Below are positions 26,962-32,000 of a DNA stretch of 32,000 bases, piece by piece. Origin of the DNA: Nostoc sp. PCC 7120 = FACHB-418 (GTDB lineage Bacteria > Cyanobacteriota > Cyanobacteriia > Cyanobacteriales > Nostocaceae); the NCBI RefSeq assembly GCF_000009705.1, contig NC_003276.1:150001-182000 (forward strand). The letters run 5' to 3'. The notes below the pieces were generated by a model. The model was not told the origin of the DNA and did no database searches. It saw only the letters and a program-made list of their open reading frames with translations. Position 1 is the first letter of the stretch, and each line of letters opens with the position of its first letter. Both the position numbers and the translations under genes were made by a program.

Positions 26962-27708
26962 CTAGAGAAGACGACTCTCTAGATTAGCCAAGTAAGCCTT
27001 GGGGTCTCTGCGAAATCGATACTGTTCAATTCTGGCTTTGTGGTGTTTTTGCAATTGAGAGCGTAATTCGAGCCAAGTATGAATATCAACTTGTGCTAAA
27101 TCAGATGCGGTAAAAGAATGAAGCTTAGTAGCTATCGCACAGGCAAGTTTGACAGAACCACGAATAACGAGAGATGAGGGGGCAACCTTACGACCGGTAC
27201 AACGACGTTGATGATAACGTAGCATACCAAAAGCGTGTTCTAAGTCATTATTAGTTCTAGGAAAATCTTCAATTTCATAACAATGAAAAAGTCCAGACCA
27301 GTAGCTGTGGGTGGTTTTTATAAAGTTATCGATTGCAGTGTTCAGGGTACCAGCTTTCTGCTTTTGTTGAGACATTTCTGTCAACAGTTGCTGATAACTT
27401 TGTTTGACCCCAGCAGCATCAAGACCTATTTTATTGTTGAGAATATTACTAGCTTTATCAACCCACTGATATGCAACCCTCACAGGTGAAAATAAAGATG
27501 CAGTAGCAGATAATCCCTTAGCTAGAAGGTGTTTTAGGTTAACTAAAGGTGGTGGTAAAGCACTTCTTTTTTCCATCCTTTCTAAGCTTTGTTCTATCAA
27601 AGTCAAATTTTCTTGTAACTTTAATCCAGATGCCTCTAACGGTGGATGTCCATCATTGGTTATAGAACTACGGACTGCCGAGCAATAATCTTCAATAATA
27701 GTCACCAA
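26962..27708 (-). CDS. Transposase, C-terminal part (frame stays open upstream to the A10 tract)
   Basis: This frame continues upstream as ..KKKVRGLREIERSVTNEDKDLVTIIEDYCS.. It is offset by +1 from the N-terminal part at the A10 run (plus-strand T10, 27760-27769). Confidence 0.7.
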   Translation of the reverse strand: MVTIIEDYCSAVRSSITNDGHPPLEASGLKLQENLTLIEQSLERMEKRSALPPPLVNLKHLLAKGLSATASLFSPVRVAYQWVDKASNILNNKIGLDAAGVKQSYQQLLTEMSQQKQKAGTLNTAIDNFIKTTHSYWSGLFHCYEIEDFPRTNNDLEHAFGMLRYHQRRCTGRKVAPSSLVIRGSVKLACAIATKLHSFTASDLAQVDIHTWLELRSQLQKHHKARIEQYRFRRDPKAYLANLESRLL

Positions 27709-27754
27709 ATCCTTATCTTCATTGGTAACACTACGTTCAATTTCTCGTAATCCT

Positions 27755-28543
27755 CTAACTTTTTTTTTTCAATTCCTTTTTTGCATTTCTATCCGCCTCA
27801 TATATGGGTTTAATTGCTTCTTTCAGGTAATGGTAATGACATAAACCATGAGCAATTTTAGGTAATGCTAACCCAACAGCTTTACGAATTGATTGTTGTC
27901 CATCACTAACAACTCCATCAATTGGTACATCCAGTGTATTAGCCACTTCTAATAATAACGCTACTAAATCTTCATTCCTTGATGATAATAAAGTTTTAGC
28001 AAGTAAAATTTCTCCTGATAGACAATCTCGAATTACCCATAATACCTCATGTCCAATTTCTGGCTGCATCCCATCAATGGCTAATATCACCCGTCCTTGA
28101 TTAGCCACTATTGCTTTTAATCTTTTATGGTCTTTTAGCCATAAAGAAAGTAACTCGTCATATCTGTCAATTAAGTGTGTGACCGTTCGTTTACTTATAC
28201 ATATACCTTTTAATTCAAGGTGAGTATGTATTTGAGGAACACTTCTATGTTCCTGGTAGCGTAATGCTCCTATATAAGCAATCACATCCAAACCAAATTC
28301 GTTCTGTGGTAGAGCGAGTGACCCTTCTTGCTCTGGTCGATATGCTTTTTTATACCGCATACATGACTTATTTTGACATCGCCGAATTTTTAGCTGTAGT
28401 TCTACTACCCCATTTAGCGTTCTTATATGTCGAGGATTATTGTATTCATTCCACATTGCTTGACCACACGAAGGGCATTTTTTTTGAACACAATCGAGTA
28501 CTTCAAACGATGTTGCTTCTGGTTTTAAACTTTTTCTTACCAA
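27755..28543 (-). CDS. Transposase, N-terminal part (zinc finger plus the start of the DDE domain)
   Basis: CPSCGQ...RRCQNKSC, ILAIDGMQPEIGHEVLWVIRD, GVVSDGQQS and LCHYHYLKEA resemble the IS66-type D...D...CwAH layout. The ORF ends KKELKKKS* inside the A10 run. Confidence 0.75.
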   Translation of the reverse strand: MVRKSLKPEATSFEVLDCVQKKCPSCGQAMWNEYNNPRHIRTLNGVVELQLKIRRCQNKSCMRYKKAYRPEQEGSLALPQNEFGLDVIAYIGALRYQEHRSVPQIHTHLELKGICISKRTVTHLIDRYDELLSLWLKDHKRLKAIVANQGRVILAIDGMQPEIGHEVLWVIRDCLSGEILLAKTLLSSRNEDLVALLLEVANTLDVPIDGVVSDGQQSIRKAVGLALPKIAHGLCHYHYLKEAIKPIYEADRNAKKELKKKS

Positions 28544-28620
28544 GTTTTTGTACCATTATTTCGTTACAAGCTCAAGATTACAGGATCTCTGCTCCTCTCT
28601 AGTAAGTTTTGCCACGCTAG

Positions 28621-28770
28621 GAAATATCCCTTAAACCTTACATCAATACGTATATATTTTCCTGAATAATGCTGTTCAGCATAAGCTAATATTCGTTGTT
28701 TCGTTCTTTGCTTGACGTTATCAGGAATCTTAACTCCTCCCGAATGTGGATCATTGACCCATGTTCTCAT
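28621..28770 (-). pseudogene. N-terminal part of the IS-disrupted small gene
   Basis: It reads MRTWVNDPHSGGVKIPDNVKQRTKQRILAYAEQHYSGKYIRIDVRFKGYF and then the frame runs into the IS inverted repeat. Confidence 0.7.
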
Positions 28771-28823
28771 GACTAACTCCCTACTTGTCTAAAATTTATC
28801 CCTTCTGGCTCCTGAATTCTGAC

Positions 28824-29774
28824 TCAAGAAGTTAGATACTGCCCAATCGATGGCTGTTGACGACGCAGAGCAGTCATTGCTTTTTGCTGGATTTGGCGCA
28901 CTCGCTCTCGGCTGAGATTTAGCTTTTCACCAATTTGGGCTAAACTTTGCTCTTGGTTATCCAACAGTCCAAAACGTAGGATTAATACTTCGCGTTGCAT
29001 CGGTTTGAGTGATGCTAACAAATCACTTAAGTCTTGGCGCAACATTTCGTGAGTAATGTTTTCGTCTGGCGAAACGCCCTCAGAGGCTAAAAGTTCGCTT
29101 AGTTCTGTTTCTTTGTTATCCCCTATTTTCAAATCTAAAGAAATTGTCCCACTGGCAACCTTGAGGTATTCTCTAATTTGGCTAGGTTCTAACTCCAATT
29201 TTTGGGCAATTTCTGCCACAGTAGCACGACGACCCAAGGTTTGAAAAAATTCGCGCTGTACCTTTTTGATTTGATTGAGTTTTTCGTTAACGTGAATCGG
29301 TAGCCTGACTGTGCGAGATTTTTCGGCGATCGCCCTGGTGATTGCTTGCGTTACCCACCAATATGCGTAGGTTGACAGCTTGTAACCTCGGTTGGGGTCA
29401 AACTTTTCTATTCCCCTTTGCAACCCGATTGCTCCCTCTTGAACCAAATCTAAGAACTCTAAGTTACGGCGCTGATATTTTTTGGCGATAGAAACTACCA
29501 GCCTCAAATTTGCGGTGATCATCTTTTGCTTGGCTCGTTGACCAAGCTCAAGTATTTGATTGACTTGGGCTTCAGTTTTATTGAGGAAATTAGCTAATTC
29601 TAACGTTGTTGGTTCTCGCTCCAGTTTTTGAGTAAGTTCATGCTGTTGCTCTTGGAGGGCAATCATTTGCTGTACAAGCCTGGCATAAGTTATTTCTTGG
29701 TCAGAGGTTAACAAAGGGAACTGACCAATCTCTTGCAAATAGATGCGTACCAAATCCGAACTCAGGCTAGGCAT
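28824..29774 (-). CDS. Group-2 (RpoD/SigA-like) sigma-70-family RNA polymerase sigma factor
   Basis: 316 aa. Region 2 is DLVQEGAIGLQRGIEKFDPNRGYKLSTYAYWWVTQAI, region 3 is present, and region 4 is LKPMQREVLILRFGL...SLAQIGEKLNLSRERVRQIQQKAM. Confidence 0.9.
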   Translation of the reverse strand: MPSLSSDLVRIYLQEIGQFPLLTSDQEITYARLVQQMIALQEQQHELTQKLEREPTTLELANFLNKTEAQVNQILELGQRAKQKMITANLRLVVSIAKKYQRRNLEFLDLVQEGAIGLQRGIEKFDPNRGYKLSTYAYWWVTQAITRAIAEKSRTVRLPIHVNEKLNQIKKVQREFFQTLGRRATVAEIAQKLELEPSQIREYLKVASGTISLDLKIGDNKETELSELLASEGVSPDENITHEMLRQDLSDLLASLKPMQREVLILRFGLLDNQEQSLAQIGEKLNLSRERVRQIQQKAMTALRRQQPSIGQYLTS

Positions 29775-30073
29775 ACAAATATAGAACTGCTACACAACCA
29801 GGGCGAACTTAAAAGTATAAATCAACTAGCTCCATTAACAATACCAACCGAGGAATGCAATTTTGTACTTCGGTTTTCCCCACCTTATATCCCGCCACTA
29901 ATTTGGAGTACCAAATTCAGTGGGGGACGAGGGCGTAATAGTTAAATTTGATAACAAGCGCTCATCATAAGCATTAACGATACTAATGTTATTATTCTTA
30001 ATATTTATTCATATATTGTTAGGATTAGGCTAAATAGCAATCTAAATAAAGGTTGCAAGGAAAGTAACGCCTC

Positions 30074-30262
30074 ATGCTCAAGCAAGGTATTTCACTGGCA
30101 GAAGCCGCAAAACGTTTAGGCGTAAGTCAGAGCGATTTGTATGTGGCTGTACAGAAAGGACAAATTCCTACCTTTAGAACCGATAGAAGAACTGTTGTTC
30201 TTCCTGGAGCTTTAAAAGATTATCAAGTTAGGCGAAGTTTGACTGGTGACTACAAGCTTTAA
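30074..30262 (+). CDS. Small helix-turn-helix (excisionase/MerR-like) DNA-binding protein
   Basis: 62 aa. The motif ISLAEAAKRLGVSQSDLYVAVQKGQIP resembles excisionase-family HTH domains. Confidence 0.5.
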   Translation: MLKQGISLAEAAKRLGVSQSDLYVAVQKGQIPTFRTDRRTVVLPGALKDYQVRRSLTGDYKL

Positions 30263-30283
30263 GTAGCAAAATTGCTTATGTTT

Positions 30284-30493
30284 CTACTTCCCTAGAGAAG
30301 AAAGTAACTTAACATCCCAAGTATAAACACCTTTTTCCCCTGGCACTCTGGAGAATATCCCTGTGCGATTTTCTCCCGTTAACCTGACGGTATAACGGGA
30401 GAGAACGTCACTTCCAGCCAGAATGGTATGGAGCTTACTTTGATTGCCATCAGTTTCTATTGTGACTTTCTCTTGTAAGAATTGTGTGAGCAA
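30284..30493 (-). CDS. Hypothetical 69-aa ORF (TTG start, no clear RBS)
   Basis: Open frame only. Confidence 0.25.
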   Translation of the reverse strand: MLTQFLQEKVTIETDGNQSKLHTILAGSDVLSRYTVRLTGENRTGIFSRVPGEKGVYTWDVKLLSSLGK

Positions 30494-30523
30494 ATAAAAT
30501 AATAAAATAGCTATTCATATCTA

Positions 30524-30553
30524 AACTACGGCTCTATTCCTTCATCAATCCAA
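30524..30553 (+). repeat. 30-bp perfect direct repeat, copy 2
   Basis: Identical to 14736-14765. It forms the last 8 codons plus the stop codon of the 55-aa ORF. Confidence 0.95.
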
Positions 30554-30693
30554 GTATCAATTGCTGTTTTTACGTTTAATTCAGTCACGGCACACCATTC
30601 TTTTTCGTTGATAGTTGTTTTAAATACCGCTCTTTTACCGTGACCAACTTTTTCTATTGAGTGTCCACGATACAAATTTTTAGACTTAATCAT
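30526..30693 (-). CDS. Hypothetical 55-aa ORF (not in the supplied track)
   Basis: My manual translation gives MIKSKNLYRGHSIEKVGHGKRAVFKTTINEKEWCAVTELNVKTAIDTWIDEGIEP*, starting at the ATG at 30693. Confidence 0.35.
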   Translation of the reverse strand: MIKSKNLYRGHSIEKVGHGKRAVFKTTINEKEWCAVTELNVKTAIDTWIDEGIEP

Positions 30694-30822
30694 TTTTCTT
30701 AATCATCTTTAGAGAATGGTCTGCTGAATAATTCTTGGGGTTATGCTTTTGGTAGTACGTTATTTTTGGGTTGGGTATTAGCTTCTGCTTTTCCCTTATC
30801 AAGTTAGTTCCTCTGATACAAA

Positions 30823-31263
30823 CTATATTAATGCAACATACTCACCTTGAAATTTGGCAGCACAAATACCACTTGATGTAATCTCTGCATCTAAAATAAT
30901 TCTTCCCTTCCCTTTTTCATCTAAATTAGTCACAAAACTGCTCCAGCTATCTTCAACTGGAGCTATGCAATGAGCTTGAAAATCTCCTTGGAGTGGTTGG
31001 AAATAATCGACAGTATTTCTTCTGATCACAATGCGACTATTAATGAATAATTCTTGAAGTCTTACATATACTAAAGTCCAGGCTGATAAAATTGCTAAAT
31101 TTGATATACTGCCACCAAATACTGTGCCGTGATGATTAATATTTGGTAATAACGGAGCAGCTAAGATTACTCCTTTTTCGTCAATAGATACTACTGACAC
31201 TGCCATTTGTTGCGAAATCGGTATATTCTGATGGAGATATTGTTCTACTTGTAAACTATTCAT
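30823..31263 (-). CDS. Hotdog-fold thioesterase (YiiD C-terminal-domain-like)
   Basis: 146 aa. The pattern ..YLH..IP.S..M.V.V......GV.L.APL.PNINHHGTVFGGS.S.LAILSAW.LVY.RL fits the YiiD_C/PaaI-like pattern as I recall it. Confidence 0.65.
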   Translation of the reverse strand: MNSLQVEQYLHQNIPISQQMAVSVVSIDEKGVILAAPLLPNINHHGTVFGGSISNLAILSAWTLVYVRLQELFINSRIVIRRNTVDYFQPLQGDFQAHCIAPVEDSWSSFVTNLDEKGKGRIILDAEITSSGICAAKFQGEYVALI

Positions 31264-31373
31264 GGTAATTTTTTATCTCCACTAATTATCAAGATTTTCT
31301 GAAGGTTAGCATTTTCCTAAAATTTACTATGTTTGAGATAAAAAATTAGTTGTATAAGGCTTTTGTGTCCAAA

Positions 31374-31721
31374 CTATCTGGGGCATGGACGTTCTTTATC
31401 TGTTCCTAAAAAATCTGCCCATTCACGCACACGCTCATGTGCTAATCCTGCGCCTGTCCTACCGTATGCTTCCAGAGCTTGACGACTTTTCTCAACCATT
31501 TGGGCTTGGGTGAGTGGTTGGAAATTTAATGTTGTATCTATTTCACCGTAATCATCAATTTCTTCTATACTTTGAGTAGATTCATGACTGAGTAACTGCT
31601 CAAAATCTTCTAAGTCTCCATCAGTTACACTCAACCATGTTTTGAGCAGACTTTTTACCTGCTCTCCTGGCAATACCTCAAGATGCTCTAAAATTTGCTG
31701 TTTAATATTGTTGATTGTCAT
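31374..31721 (-). CDS. Hypothetical acidic 115-aa protein
   Basis: Open frame with plausible coding composition. I recognise no motif. Confidence 0.45.
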   Translation of the reverse strand: MTINNIKQQILEHLEVLPGEQVKSLLKTWLSVTDGDLEDFEQLLSHESTQSIEEIDDYGEIDTTLNFQPLTQAQMVEKSRQALEAYGRTGAGLAHERVREWADFLGTDKERPCPR

Positions 31722-31930
31722 AGGTATTCGATTTCTAGCACGATTTCATTAAAATTCAATGTTTCACCAACATATCTAATTTTAACTTATTGGCATTGCT
31801 GATGGTGAGCCAAGCCTGAAACGCATAGCTGGGGCAGTGGCTCCTTTGGGTTGATTTTGCTTCGGGGTGTATCTCTGTAGTCTGTGATTGGCTCAAAGCG
31901 TTATAGCTCGTTAACTATAGGAAATAAATC

Positions 31931-32000
31931 ATGTCAAAAAGATTGTTATTACTCAGTAATTCCACAAATATCGGTGAAGAATACTTATTTTATGCTCGTC
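31931..32000 (+). CDS. pepE: Dipeptidase E (peptidase S51), N-terminal fragment (3' end lies outside the window)
   Basis: MSKRLLLLSNSTNIGEEYLFYAR matches the characteristic LLLLSNST start of PepE-type proteins. Confidence 0.55.
   Translation, partial: MSKRLLLLSNSTNIGEEYLFYAR

Larger units (their letters stand above)
26944..28620 (-). mobile_element. Complete insertion sequence (1677 bp) carrying a DDE transposase; IS66/ISKra4-like, family unresolved
   Basis: Perfect 25-bp terminal inverted repeats CTAGCGTGGCAAAACTTACTAGAGA lie at 26944- and as the reverse complement ending at 28620. An 8-bp target duplication GAAATATC lies at 26936-26943 and 28621-28628. Confidence 0.85.

Noticed and set aside
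525-29244. Many 60-110-aa ORFs antisense to or overlapping larger genes (for example 525-737, 1097-1423, 2375-2623, 3291-3611, 4533-4794, 8930-9913, 11648-11836, 13567-13758, 14228-14425, 16458-16643, 21617-22735, 27283-27489, 28264-28602, 29056-29244)
   Set aside because: Each sits inside a longer ORF on the other strand or frame that has clear family motifs. These are shadow ORFs.
29733-29945. A 70-aa plus-strand ORF upstream of the sigma-factor gene
   Set aside because: It starts inside the sigma gene on the opposite strand and runs through its promoter region. It has no motif.
1-32000. CRISPR arrays, tRNA or rRNA genes, reverse transcriptases (retron, DGR or group II intron), integrases
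   Set aside because: I found no regularly spaced direct repeats, no cloverleaf-compatible sequence with a GTTCRANYC-type T-arm, no YxDD RT motif and no tyrosine-recombinase RHRY-type ORF in any frame.

Overview
This window looks like chromosomal DNA from a filamentous (Nostocales-type) cyanobacterium. The evidence is the HIP1 octamers (GCGATCGC), a PEP-CTERM protein, a Uma2/DUF820 nuclease, a group-2 sigma factor and many TnpB genes. All family names come from motifs I recognise by eye; I ran no searches.

The left ~14 kb is a mosaic of mobile and accessory DNA:
- Four TnpB genes: one partial, one in a complete IS605-type tnpA/tnpB unit, one behind a 5'-truncated IS607 serine-recombinase gene, and one solo.
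- A ParE/ParD cassette flanked by ~61-bp direct repeats.
- A 629-aa SF2 helicase with a zinc ribbon and an unknown C-terminal domain.
- A frameshifted Bax-inhibitor/YccA gene.
- A complete ISL3 element with an 8-bp target duplication.
- An AT-rich desaturase-like cassette that has replaced most of ilvD.

The right ~18 kb is more core-like, with 9 of the 10 HIP1 sites I found. It carries:
- VOC, DUF1349, a DMT transporter pair with a divergent MarR regulator, a Tat-signal amine oxidase and two GNAT acetyltransferases.
- A tightly coupled SNF2 helicase and SWIM operon with an upstream Uma2 nuclease.
- DUF218.
- A second IS with 25-bp inverted repeats and an 8-bp target duplication, inserted in a small gene that is translationally coupled to an 89-aa ORF.
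- The sigma factor, a thioesterase and the start of pepE.

The most unusual pattern is three nested pairs of direct repeats, each derived from the 3' end of a gene: 61 bp around the TA cassette, 54 bp of sigma-factor sequence around a 9.2-kb block containing SNF2/SWIM/Uma2, and 30 bp around a 15.8-kb segment.

The best candidates for an undescribed system are the repeat-bracketed SNF2-SWIM(-Uma2) block and the helicase/zinc-ribbon locus. Neither can be assigned a function from sequence alone.
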